A DNA stretch of 64,000 bases. Origin: Euprymna scolopes. Its lineage: Eukaryota. The stretch's first letter is position 1, and each line of letters begins with the position of its first letter. Where the stretch lies: the NCBI GenBank assembly GCA_053919585.1, contig CM132783.1. One strand, 5' to 3'. Positions 52,330 through 64,000 of this stretch are shown one piece after another. The position numbers and the translations under genes were made by a program. Under the pieces are notes generated by a model. That model saw only the letters and a list, made by a program, of their open reading frames with translations. It was not told the origin of the DNA and did no database searches.

Positions 52330-53340
52330 GTTTCTAGTAAAAGGTTGGGGAGGGGGATCATATATTAACGCTCAGTTGAGCACTTGCAATGAGCATAAGG
52401 ATAAGGCAGACACAAACTCGCAACATCTCTTCTGTGAGAAAGAGATTGCAGGGAAGCGAAAAGGGCATCCCGTACGAGACCACGAAGTCTATTTTGAACT
52501 CTATCAAAGGAGGGCAAGCCCTTTCTAGCAGTTCCTGCTTAGATCTAACAACGGTATTTCATCCTTAGACGTACCTGGCTCTCATATAGATAGTGAATTG
52601 CAACAGCAGTGAGATATCTACTGGATAGATAGAAGGACACAACAATTTTTCCAGCGCCTTAGCAACCGTTTAATGTATGTATTCCATTTCAGATCAGGAG
52701 TAAACATGAAATTTCCCTAAAAGCAGAGCCATTCATTTCAATTGATGCCAGATGAGGTTCAGAACGTTGATGCTGTAAAGATAAAAGCTTGGTTTTAGAT
52801 ACATTAAAAGGAACAAGCCACCTCTTTCCCCGTTGCACCATTTTCTAAAGATCAGAGCAGAGAGAATCCGAGAGAACTTGGTCGTATACGGTCTTAGGTG
52901 TGCTACCATAGATAGTAGTGTCATCAGCATAGATGTCTACGAATGATGTAAGGATGTGATTTGAAAGATCGTTAATGTAGATCACGAAGAGAGTTGGGCC
53001 TTTGTTGGGCCCCTGATTAATACTGTGAGCTTCTGATTTATGTCTATCAATCACTACTGTTATGAATCTATCAGAGAGAAATGAGTTAGTAATTGAGAAA
53101 ACATTTCCAGCTATACCGAAGTTGGAGATTTTTTGAAGTAAACCTTTATGAAATACTCTATCAAAAGATTTGAAATGTCAAAAACAATTGCCCTAGAAAG
53201 ATAGCCTCCATCGAGAGATTCGATAACCTAACGAGGTGTAACTGTAAGCACATCTGCTATAGATCTAGCAGAACGGACACCATATTGCGTGCCACTAAGG
53301 TTATTTTTGCTGACATGGTTGATTACTAATCTATTTAACA
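52330..53340 (-). mobile_element. CR1-group LINE reverse transcriptase and C-terminus, decayed
   Basis: QYGVRSARSIADVLTV; QGP..GPTLFVIYINDL...IYADDTTIY (YADD); 3' part similar to 7990-8520. Confidence 0.9.
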
Positions 53341-53699
53341 CATATTTCAGTTGAACATTTCTTGAGTTACCTGTCTTTCTGTATCTTTTAAAATGGTACA
53401 CATAAACAAGCGTTATCATAGAAAATAAAATACTTTGATGAACCTTCAGGATGCGTTGTATTAATCTTTTGTTCATGAAAAGGTCAATAAACATAGTTAT
53501 CAAATGTGCATGTATGCGTAACTATTATTATTTCCTTTTTAGTTTATTTGTTGAGTAAACAGCTATTCATAAATGTTAACCATGTGTATTCAAGTATTTC
53601 TGAAAAGTTTTAATTATTTAAGAATAACCATACGTTTTTATTACACAGGGGAAACAGTGTGCTTCTATGCCCGTTTGTCTTTTCTGTTAAAACGAAGTG

Positions 53700-54050
53700 C
53701 AGTTACGTCAAATAAGCTGGGTACGATTTTGAAGAGGTTTTCCACTCTACCAAGTCTGCTGCCAAGAAGATGGTCTCTCCCTAGAAAGTTACTTACATCT
53801 GAGAGTAACCTGTCACTTTATAAGGCCACCATTTGTCGTTGTAAGGAGTATTGTTGCCACATTTTGCTAGTGCACCTTCTACTAGTCTCGCTTTTATACA
53901 GAATTCAAAAGAGACACCAAGCTAATAGGTATTGCACTGTCAGTTAGGTTTCATTGGCTATTCGATCGACGAAACGTTACACCTCTCTGTCTGTTTTAAA
54001 ATATTTTAATGGAAGGTGCTACGATGAATTACAAGCTTTTGTACCGTGAC
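53700..54050 (+). mobile_element. CR1-group LINE 3' fragment, opposite orientation to its neighbour
   Basis: LSLYKATICRCKEYCCHI, RIQKR, RRNV..LCLF.YFNGRC.DEL. Confidence 0.75.
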
Positions 54051-54204
54051 AATCAGTAAAATCTACTATTCTTTAGTAAATGTTTGTGGAAATTGCCAGA
54101 ATGATCGGGGTAAATATGCATGAATCTTCATATAGAACTGATTTTTTCATGTAAATATCAAGCCTTTCTTCCTTGCATGGTTTGACATAGCCTTAAAATA
54201 AAAT

Positions 54205-54460
54205 TATTTTACACTATTTTCTTTCCTCTTTAATGAGGCCAGAAAAAAACTCTTGAAGGACCAGACAGGTCGGCAAAATTTTGGGAATGCCCATTTGGAT
54301 TCCATACACCTCACAGATTCCGTCAACGCTAGGGAAATTGAGGTGTTATGTATTCGGCTTGAATAATCTGCGATAAACTAATTGGACCATTTCGAGTGTC
54401 AGAAGGTGTCAAACCGACAAACCAGTATTATTTTTTATTTTTAAACAAGTGTTCGGAGCT
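54205..54460 (+). mobile_element. Tc1/Tc3-like transposase fragment
   Basis: LFNEA...LEGPD (like FTDE..TLDGPDG) and RQR.G..GVMY.A.II.DKLIGPFRV.EGVK. Confidence 0.7.
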
Positions 54461-54599
54461 GTGTGTTAAGGAAAATAAAAAATGGTAGTATGCAGACATG
54501 CTAGAACACGTAACGCGAAGTTCAAAAAGAACGTGGAAACAAAATTCAACGTCTTCGCCGTGGCGTCCATCGCCAAACCGGAAGGGATGAGGGTTTTTA

Positions 54600-54742
54600 T
54601 TAAGGCGAGTACAATCGAAAGGAGGAAGGGATGTGCAAAAATATATGCGAAAAAAGCGACCTGTAAAATGTGTCCAGAATCAATGTTTTGGGCTCATTGT
54701 TCGATATGTCTCAATTTAGCAATAACTGATAAAGAAAGATAG
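54600..54742 (+). mobile_element. Possible piggyBac-type C-terminal cysteine-rich domain remnant
   Basis: RRKGCAKIYAKKATCKMCPE...CSICL. Confidence 0.3.
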
Positions 54743-55599
54743 GACAAATTTAAAAAAGCTGTTGCAATTGAACATTTCAAACGGTCAAAGAAGAGAAGTA
54801 GAAGAGAATAGAATTAGAGAAAAAGTGTACCAAGGAGAAGAAATAGAACAAAATTTAATAGATGAATAAAGACAAGAAAATACAATTAAGAAACTAAATG
54901 GAAGCTAAAGTGTGGTTACAAACAAGAGAAATGTCAAGAAAAGGCGAAATAAAAGAGAAAGATCTAAAATAAGAAATATCTGACAAAACAGCAAGAGAAT
55001 TGGATTTACAACATAAGGCGTAGTAGCAGAAACGTAGAAACGATGATGGCAAAAATAGAAACATCTTGTCGTGGACTTTCTGTAAAATGAAATTAAAAAA
55101 TAAAGGATAAATGTATTAATTAAACTGTTAAATGATGCCAATAATAGAACTGTCTTGGAAATTTAAATCGTTTCATTTTTGTGTTTAATTAGTTTCACCT
55201 GGTTGACAGCTTAATTAATGCAGGTGTAAATGTTCAACTCAGCAACACATCATTTCAGACTTTAAGTTATTCGAAAAGAAGAAAATAGCATGCTCTTCAT
55301 TATTGCTTTGTTTGTATGCCCGGTATTATTTTTGCTAAATAAACACGCAACTTCATTGTGAAATTTCATGGAAAATATACTAAACAAACATTCACTCATG
55401 AATAAGGAATAAAAATACTTGTGCTCTCACTACGCAAGTGTATCTATTCACCTTTAGTTTTATTACCTGCATCGCTTTTAACAATTGATAATAATGTGCG
55501 TATTGCAATAAGCTACTGCTTTCTTTAATTAAGATATGTTCTGTTGAGAAAAATATGTGGCTTTACGAGACAATCTTTCCACAAAGTTTACATCAAATT

Positions 55600-56340
55600 T
55601 ATATAAAAAGTATTTTGATTGTACTTAGGACAACTGCTTATGAATGTTTTGCTGTTATTCGAAGACAATTGTTTATGAGGACCTCAGTTCATGACAAGTA
55701 GCTACATTGGAACGATTAGACACGATGGGTTCAATAAGCAGGATTTTGACGTAAATGATTTGTTTACAATGGTTATAAATAATGAGATGTTCTGCTCATT
55801 TTGAGAACGGGAGTTCTGTATTTTATTTACTGATTGGACATTTTTGCTATCGTTGTGCTTCATGCTGTGAAATCATCACAAGCCATTTAAATAAAGGGAA
55901 CCAACTTTTCACGACGTTAATATATATGGCGGGAGCTAATGAAAAATAACATTATAATGTTAGTCTATTGTTTCTCCGTATACTACGACTATATCTACCA
56001 TAACTAGCAGGCACTATTCTGTTATAGGTAATAATGGCATGCGCTTTGGTATTCCAACGCAGTGACTTTAAACATCTTCGAACGTAATTCTGAAACCTTA
56101 TGTCGAGTATGGCAGTCTCTAACAATTTGGCAAAAAATAGCGATAGTTTCTATTCGCCTGTTTCCCCCCCCACTTGCTGCTGTACAGGAAACTCCAAGAA
56201 CCGCGGTCTTCTGTCAGCTGCTTTCTACTGCTCAGATTGTTTTTGGGAAATTATTATTCGTCGGGTCCAATTTCATTTTGTTTAAATCATATAATTATAT
56301 TGGTTTTCCTCTGATCTTCCAAAGAGTAGAAACATGTCAG
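55600..56340 (-). mobile_element. Possible hAT transposase relic
   Basis: Weak remnants in hAT order: EDRG (like VEDxGF), W-N-T (like DxWTS), IVSNRSNVA (like VTDNASN). Confidence 0.25.
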
Positions 56341-57132
56341 TAACTCCCACAGACCAAATAAAGTCGGATAGAATATATAGTTAAATATATTTCAATTAAA
56401 AAAAAAATTAAACGACCATATTTAATGCTTGGCTTTGCCTGAAATTTCCCCAGAAAGAGAATGTTTTAAAGCACGGGAGATATATAAGAAGCTATTATGG
56501 AAAGAAGAACGCAAGTACGTTTATACCCACTGATTAATAGGCCAATAGATGATTCTTTTATGAACGTGTTTTTATATTTGTATGTATTTCCCAAACCAAT
56601 ATTATAAGATATATGTTATTTGTAATTGCAAAAAAAAAAAAATGCTTTATACGGATATAATTGTTTTCACACTTAATGAAACTAGAACGTCTCTTACGAC
56701 AAGCGAGTGTCTGATTATTTTAAATATATTTGACACATAGTAGAAAATTGTTCAACTTCTAAGGAAAAACACACTATTTTGAACGTGTGTATATTTATGT
56801 TTGGTTTTCATTTTCTATTTTACTGTAATTATTGAGCTTTCTAATCTTTACAATTCGGTCGGGCTGTTTTTTTTGGGAGCCGAATTGTCTTATAAGTCAT
56901 GGTTTCTGTGCACGATATTATGTCGATTATTACCATTCTAACATAGGTAAATATGGTTTATACTCTTTATACTATGTTTTCTGCAACGTCAAATCGCATG
57001 AGCCATGCATGGCTCATGAAACACATTAAAATATTGAATGTTGTACTAATTATCTTATATATAATACAATATTTACAATATTTTATTCCGAGAGGAAACA
57101 TATTAAGCTATAAGAGAATTTCAGATATACGC

Positions 57133-58148
57133 ACTAACACGCNNNNNNNNNNNNNNNNNNNNNNNNNNNNNNNNNNNNNNNNNNNNNNNNNNNNNNNNNN
57201 NNNNNNNNNNNNNNNNNNNNNNNNNNNNNNNNNNNNNNNNNNNNNNNNNNNNNNNNNNNNNNNNNNNNNNNNNNNNNTGCCCGGGTGTTTGCAGGTGCAA
57301 GTTAAGCAAGAAAAAGTTGTAGTAGGAAGGCAGCATCGAACCCATACCGCAAAGGTGGATAACAACGGGGAAAAACTTACGTCTTTGCTGTTACGACCAC
57401 CGCCAAACAGGAAGTGATGTAAGATTTAATTAAAACTACACCATCGAAAGTAGTGGATGAATTTCGAAGATATCGGCGAAAAAAAAAGATCCCTGTAGAA
57501 AAGTGTGCAGTTGCAGGTGAAGATATTAATGTTTTTTCCAATTGTTCGATATTTGTCGCCTGAAAGGTCAAATTTCAAAATGTTCTGATCTGCTAAAAAT
57601 TCGTCACCTCTGTCGAAAGTTTTACACAGAAATGCAAATATACATAATACATTTATATACTGATAACTCCAATTTTCGACCCGAACCGATTTAAACCTTG
57701 CCCTATCTCTGAATACCCTTTATATAAAATTCAAATGTTTAGACCAGTAATTGTCTGAGTAATGTGGGAGAGACCAGAGTGGTCATTTTTTTTTAAATTA
57801 ACCCCTATTATAACTCCTTAACATTTATTGTTTGGGGCTCAAATCAATTTATTAAGTTAAATCCATGCCCAAGGAATCGATATCTAAAATGTAAAGTGTT
57901 TAGACCCAAAGTAAACGGAGGAGTTTGGTAGAGTTCTCAAAAGTCAAAATCGTTTAACTTTGACCCCTTAACAGACAAATTTCTGGCAGTAACATGATTA
58001 CAAAGATATTCCCAAATCTCACTACCCTGTAGACCAAATTTCGAGTCCGTAGACTTACAACTGACAGATTTATTGTGAAGGAAAATGTACACAGACATAA
58101 AGAAATACAGACAGAAAGACAAACAAACACTTTCACTTTTATAGATAT
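57133..58148 (-). mobile_element. Non-autonomous Helitron-like element, long variant spanning a gap
   Basis: actaacacgc [gap] tgcccgggtgtttg at the left end; 57780-58148 aligns with 14940-15310 and ends cacttttatagatata. Confidence 0.7.
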
Positions 58149-58149
58149 A

Positions 58150-58595
58150 ATCGCATTTTAGCCCGGCGTTGCCCGGGTGTTTGGAGCTGTATGCTAAGAA
58201 ACAAAAAAAAACAAAAAAAAAGACGGTCATTTTTTTCAAATGTGACCCCTATGTTGACACTTCTTTATTTATTGTTTTGGACTCAACTTGAGTTATTAAG
58301 TTAGATCAATGTCCAAGGAACCTATATCTAAAATGTCTAGTTTTGTGACCCAAAATTGTCGGAGGGGTTTGCTAGAGTTCTCAAATTAAATATCGTTGAA
58401 CGTTTACCCCTAAACAGCCAAATTTCTGGTCGAAAACCGATCACGTCGATTTTCCCAAATCGCAGTACCCTGTATATCAAATTTCGAGTCTGTAGACTGA
58501 AAATTAACAGAGTTATTGCGAAGGAAAATGTGCGCAGACACACAGAAGCACATACACACATACATGTTCACTTTTATAGATATATAGATAGATAC
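58150..58595 (-). mobile_element. Non-autonomous Helitron-like element, head-to-tail with the previous copy
   Basis: Intact hairpin cccgg-cgttgc-ccggg near the left (3') end; right end tatagatatatagat (5' TC on minus strand). Confidence 0.8.
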
Positions 58596-58949
58596 ATACA
58601 TCTCATTTAATAAAACATTTTATTATATTTCTACACCATTGTGGCAATTTTTTGGTCAATAATTATAAAAAACTAAAAACATCAAAACTGGTCAGTATTC
58701 TTTTTTAATATTGATATTTGTAATAAAAAAGTGAAGAATACAAAGAGGAAATAAAACTATTTAAAGTATTAAGTGATATATCGATACGCTGAAAAATATT
58801 AAATAATAAAGAAAAAAACGAAGAGGAAACAGAAAGTGTTTATCTTCATAAGGACCCACGTGAGTGTTAGGCTATTATGCATGTTTTACTGGGTGGCACG
58901 ATATACAACGTACAATGCAACTCATTTGTAAGAGAATTCTATCTGGCAC

Positions 58950-59663
58950 TAGATTTTCAAGGATAATATGAGGGAGTTAAGCATCAATATGTCTGTTCAC
59001 CTTACACATGAAGTTCTACGTGTAAATACAACCAAGAAATAAAGTTCGTCAACGTATTCAAATCGATGACATCACGGCATCAATAAGAATGGGATTTTAC
59101 TGCTTGTATGCTTTGTGTAGGGGATTTACCCTGGGAAGGTATTAATGTTCTCAGTTCGTCCAATCATTTGACCAGTTTAAGGGAATTGAAATTCTGTTGA
59201 CACATGCGGACTTGACATATTATTAATAAGTTGGTCGCTTAAGTAACTCAGGGTCAGAAAGTATTCGCATCAGTAACATTTGTTGAGGAGAGAGAATTAT
59301 TCCGTTAGAGTTTATATAATAATATAATTGTACGGAATAATCACATTGACTTACCGGTTTCCGCTGTATCATTGAAGTTAAGCAAATTTTAGTCTTTTCA
59401 GTACAAAATGGGTGACAATTTGGGATTTCCAGGTACTGTATGTGCTCTCGCCATTGCTTTCAGTCGTTCTGGATATTTTCATTCCACTGGACTCAAACAC
59501 TGCCGATTCAGTAGGTGTGTGGTTGATAATTGCACAACACTTACCTCACAGATACGTGGAAAGCTGGTCATACGGAGGGTATGCTTTGTTTTTCAAGACT
59601 GAAAGGAGGCATCGGAAATTCAGAAAAAATGTAATATCCATTGCTAATGTTCTTTTCATTATT
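58950..59663 (+). mobile_element. hAT (Buster/SPIN/GTF2IRD2-like) transposase relic
   Basis: IQIDDIT (like LQLDESTD), TCGLDI (like TTGxDIF), GLKHCRF (like GLNHRQF), IRGKL (like VRWLSRGK). Confidence 0.55.
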
Positions 59664-61099
59664 NNNNNNNNNNNNNNNNNNNNNNNNNNNNNNNNNNNNN
59701 NNNNNNNNNNNNNNNNNNNNNNNNNNNNNNNNNNNNNNNNNNNNNNNNNNNNNNNNNNNNNNNNNNNNNNNNNNNNNNNNNNNNNNNNNNNNNAAGCAAT
59801 CAACAAAAGATTAATTCAAGCAAGAGTAAACGGAGTCACTAGTTTTGTCTTCTCTGCGCCAGCCTCTCGAACCAAAGGTTCTCAAATCCTTCACCACCTT
59901 TACTCAAGGCACACCTCCATGCTGGTCTATCTTCGGCTAGCTATCTGTATATACATTTATANNNNNNNNNNNNNNNNNNNNNNNNNNNNNNNNNNNNNNN
60001 NNNNNNNNNNNNNNNNNNNNNNNNNNNNNNNNNNNNNNNNNNNNNNNNNNNNNNNNNNNNNNNNNNNNNNNNNNNNNNNNNNNNNNNNNNNNNNNNNNNN
60101 NNNNNNNNNNNNNNNNNAAATCAGACAACTTTGTAACAACGCTAACTAAAAATTGGTACGAACCTTTTGAACTGTACTGACGTAGAAATTGATATAGAGA
60201 GTTTTTATTTTTCTTATTCGTCTAAAGTTAGTTATAAATATTTATTCGTAGTCTCTCTCAGCATTAATTCCTGGGTGAGATAATGATGTATATCAATATT
60301 TATGCGACCAAAAGAAAAAAAAAACAGAGAATTGTTCCGGAAAAGCACCAGGATATGATGTGATCCATGTTGTATTATTGTGTTTACGATGAATCCTATT
60401 TTTAGCATTACGTTACTCTCTCAAATTCAAATCGATTGAATAATGATATTACATTATGAAAGAAACGTTTCTAAAATATGATTGTCGTTATCATAAGGGC
60501 AATTATTTGCTTGATGAAGTTATAAATGTTTTGAGGCATGCTTTTAAATTGTTTGATTTCATGGATTCGTGCATCTACCATACCAGAGAATCAATGTTGT
60601 ATTATATCTGGCTGCAGCATGATGCACTCCGCGCCACATCTAATGGAAAAATTTATAGAACTGCCATTGTCATAGTACTAAGGTTTGGTTGAGCTGACAA
60701 AAGATTAGAATACCATCATTATAGCATAAAACCCACAGAAAACATCTTTTTTCTGATACAATATCAGTGGATAACTTCATGAACAAGGTTATATTATTGC
60801 CCTAAAATTATTCTCATAATATTTTTCTGTCTTTCTGTAGCACGATTTAAAAAATGCGTAGATGAGTTTCCATACATCAGATGCACATTTTAAGCGCAGG
60901 CATCTCAACGCAAAAATAAATATTAAAGAAACCAGTTTTACACTTTTATATGCAAGTGTGCAGCCTTTATTTCAAGTGAAATAGATGGCAAATAATTGAT
61001 TATATACAATTAGCAGAGGAATATAAAGGATTTTAGTTGACAGCTCAATAAAATAATGTTATTGATTGCCCTTCCAATGAGAATGTTATCAGTTGAAAC

Positions 61100-61680
61100 A
61101 AACAATTTAGTTCATACTAAGAGGCAAATGTTATAATAGTTATTGGAAGTACGTTGAGTGAACGCTGTACGTTTCACGCTGTACGTTTAATGCAGGTGAC
61201 AAAATACAGTTCAGCTGTTGAGAGCTAGAGAAACGTATGGGACCTAATCGGAAAATCTAATCATAAACAAAGCCTAGTGTATCCACGTCTACAATATGAC
61301 GCAGTGACTTGGACAGCACACATAATGTATTACAATTATAAGAACAATTCAATTAAGTTGTATTCAAAGGAACAACCAAATAGAAAGGAAAACATTAAAA
61401 ATCACATACGCTGAAGTCAGCACCAGATTAGGATTGATAATATATTAAGTCCTAAACAATCGTTTTATGGCGGGATAGACAGGGGTAAAAAACACACACA
61501 AAATAAACGAAAAAAAAAACGATATAAAGATTCTCTAAAAATAATTTAAATATACTTCACATTTATGTCAATGAATGGAAAGCTCAATCGAAAAATCGAT
61601 CACTGTGGAGAAACCCCACCAGAAGCAACGCAAGGATTTTGAAAGTGACGTGTATATCTTGCTTGCTAGAAACATGTTTT
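61100..61680 (+). mobile_element. RTE-like LINE 3' fragment
   Basis: IGSTLS, LEKRMG (like L.KRVW), LQYDAVTWT (like LLYGxETWT), PKQSFYG, RYKDSLK, W.AQ..NRSLWR. Confidence 0.6.
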
Positions 61681-63859
61681 TTAAAAAGTTGGACTAAAAC
61701 ATAATATCAGCGAATATATTAAAAGAAGTGAAGTTCATTATATATGCCGGAAGCTGTGGATTATCTGGAATATACAATAAAATATGAGAAAAAAATATAA
61801 TATTATTCATGATTCATCGAATAATACGGCTTTATTTTTTATTTTCTTTGTATCAGTCACAAAGTCTAGAAGTGATGAGACACAAAATTCGGAAATCGAC
61901 AATATTATCATGCGAAAATCCTTGCATGAGGTTTTTCTCTCATATATGAGAGCATTCATGTAGAACTGACACTGGGTTAAAAGACATCTTTTACTAAACT
62001 AGCCACAGAAAACTTAAGTGGAAAGGTCGACATATTTACAAAAGAAAAAAAAAACAATTGTTATACATTTATATATATACATTTGATATATATATATATA
62101 TATATGCATATATATAACATATATATACATGTATATATACAATTATATAGGTATACATACAAAATATAAACCGAAAATAAAAAGGCTTACATTATACAAG
62201 CAAGTGCAAACTTCAATCTAATATAAATATGAATATCTTTATATAAATATATTAAAAAGTGAATTTCAAACACAAATGGAGTAAAAGTAGAGAAAAGTAA
62301 ACATTTCAAATTAAATTCGACAGAATGTTACAAAGCATTTACAATAGTCTTTATTCTACGTAATTAGTTTCAAAGAATGCAATTATTTCTATTTTTATCA
62401 GAGGGCATAAAAGAATTGGTACCCTCTAAATCATCTCCAATACTAATGATTCATTATAGTTATCCATAAACTGCGAACAGTAAGTTCATGTCCACTGGCA
62501 CATATGTAATAATGGTGGAAATGGGAAAAAGTAAATATGTATGATAAACTATCGTACACTGCTGTTTAATTTGATGTTTAAACCACTGAAGTTTAGCTTT
62601 GTTATTTAATAACTTGCTTATTAATTCCTTACCATTCGAGAAGAGATTAGAGGAATAACATTCTCTGAAACTCTTCGGAATGAGTATTTCTGAAAACTGA
62701 TTTTTGTGTATTTTTTCAAACAATAAATTTAATCGTAAACTTTAAACATGTACCTATCTCCCTTTATCTCCCTCTCATTCTCTCTCTATATATGATATAT
62801 ATATATATATATACAATTGTAAGGTTATATGTAGTTACTTGGAGCATTAAAACGCCGTTGTTTTTTTATTTCTAATATTTGATGTTTATATCTTAAGTAA
62901 GCAGGCTTCGCTATTGTACAAAAATAGTTGAGTAGTATTCGAAACAAAAACAAACGTTATTTGAAACGAATAAGCTTGCAAAATGTTCCTATATCTAGGA
63001 AGTTTACCATAAAAATATTACTATTAACACCACCACCCAACTATAGGATAAGTTAAAGTCAATTCACATTAGAGTTACAAATAATATATACAAAAAATTA
63101 ACAGTACTTTTTAAAATCTAAATCTGCATTAACAGTATCTTTTTTCGTATAAGATGGAAAATACAATGGCATATTTTTTATATATATATATATTTGATTT
63201 TAAACCAGGGATTCTTACGTAAAAAAATAACAGAATGTTTGAGAATGCATTAATGAATACACAAATGCAATTAGAATTTTAAAAAAATCTCAGAATGATT
63301 GTTTTTTTTATTTCATCACATTCAAAGAAACGTAAAAACATTTTAGTTCATCAGATGTTACATCATCTTCTTATTTATATTTCTCATCCATTTTCTTCTT
63401 ACAATGATTTGTCTCATTAGTTCCAGAAAATCGATTTACTTTTAATTTAAAAACAAGTTTTGGAGAACAAGAAAAACAATCTGGTTTCGAAGTTTAAACT
63501 ACACTTTTTTATTATAAATTTTGTGTGTTTAGTTTAAACAACATAAGAGTAGGCCAAAAAATAAGAAAACTACTTAGTGTTTAAAGAATTAAATAGAAAT
63601 TTAATTTCTGATAATTTGGAAAAAAATACGAATATACTAAATAATAAAAGGGATGCATTTTGTTCTATATTAGCTAAGCGTATATTTTATTGCCATGTAG
63701 TCGACTTCTTCTTTCTGCTAACTTTCTGTGGGGTGATACCTAGTCGTAGCATGATTGTATTCTACAAATGTTTGGTTTTTTCTATGCGGTTAAAATCATT
63801 ATCTTTGATAGAAATACATTTTTCTAATATTCTGTTAAATTTTAGTGTAGAAATTTACT

Positions 63860-64000
63860 GTAAATATTTCCCCTTTAAAACACGATAAAAAGAGAAACGT
63901 CTATATTCCCTTAGTGTTACATATAAATATCTATGTAAAAGCCAAGTACGTCCAAGGATGGAATACTGCTGCCATATCTGGGCAGGAGCTGCTAAAAACA
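63860..64000 (+). mobile_element. CR1-group LINE C-terminal fragment running off the window
   Basis: LCKSQVRPRMEYCCHIWAGAAK. Confidence 0.85.

Larger units (their letters stand above)
4658..60117. other. Assembly gaps (N-runs) at about 4658, 15689, 18556, 20670, 22346, 23982, 48711, 49021, 57143, 59664, 59962
   Basis: Direct inspection; each about 130-195 N. Confidence 0.99.

Noticed and set aside
59412-60149. Longest ORF (245 aa) and other X-containing ORFs
   Set aside because: Open only because they span N gaps; the left part overlaps a hAT relic.
60320-60480. KAPGYDVI, a Jockey-like RT start
   Set aside because: Single short motif without enough downstream support to annotate.
62460-62723. 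87-aa minus-strand ORF
   Set aside because: AT-rich, no recognisable motif; length compatible with chance or a decayed TE.
1-64000. Assigning the host species
   Set aside because: The repeat style suggests a large-genome invertebrate (possibly a cephalopod), but nothing in the sequence is diagnostic without a search.

Overview
AT-rich eukaryotic (invertebrate-like) DNA with about 11 assembly gaps and many (TA)n microsatellites. I recognise no intact host gene, rRNA, true tRNA or CRISPR array, and most ORF-track entries come from microsatellites or N-runs. The window reads as intronic/intergenic sequence built from decayed transposons: CR1-group, RTE and R4/Dong-type LINEs, Penelope-like elements (PLEs), Gypsy LTR elements, Tc1/mariner, hAT, MULE, P-like and Academ-like DNA transposons, and a Helitron Rep/Pif1 relic interrupted by a near full-length Gypsy element, plus five short non-autonomous Helitron copies. 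The most interesting signal is a cluster of short elements at 6.2-8.8 kb that join a tRNA-derived Pol III head to a degenerate hammerhead ribozyme core, with PLE-style inverted end duplications at 7.5 kb and 40.6 kb. This may be a ribozyme-bearing SINE family mobilised by PLEs. All family calls come from motif recognition by eye, not database searches, and boundaries are approximate unless stated.
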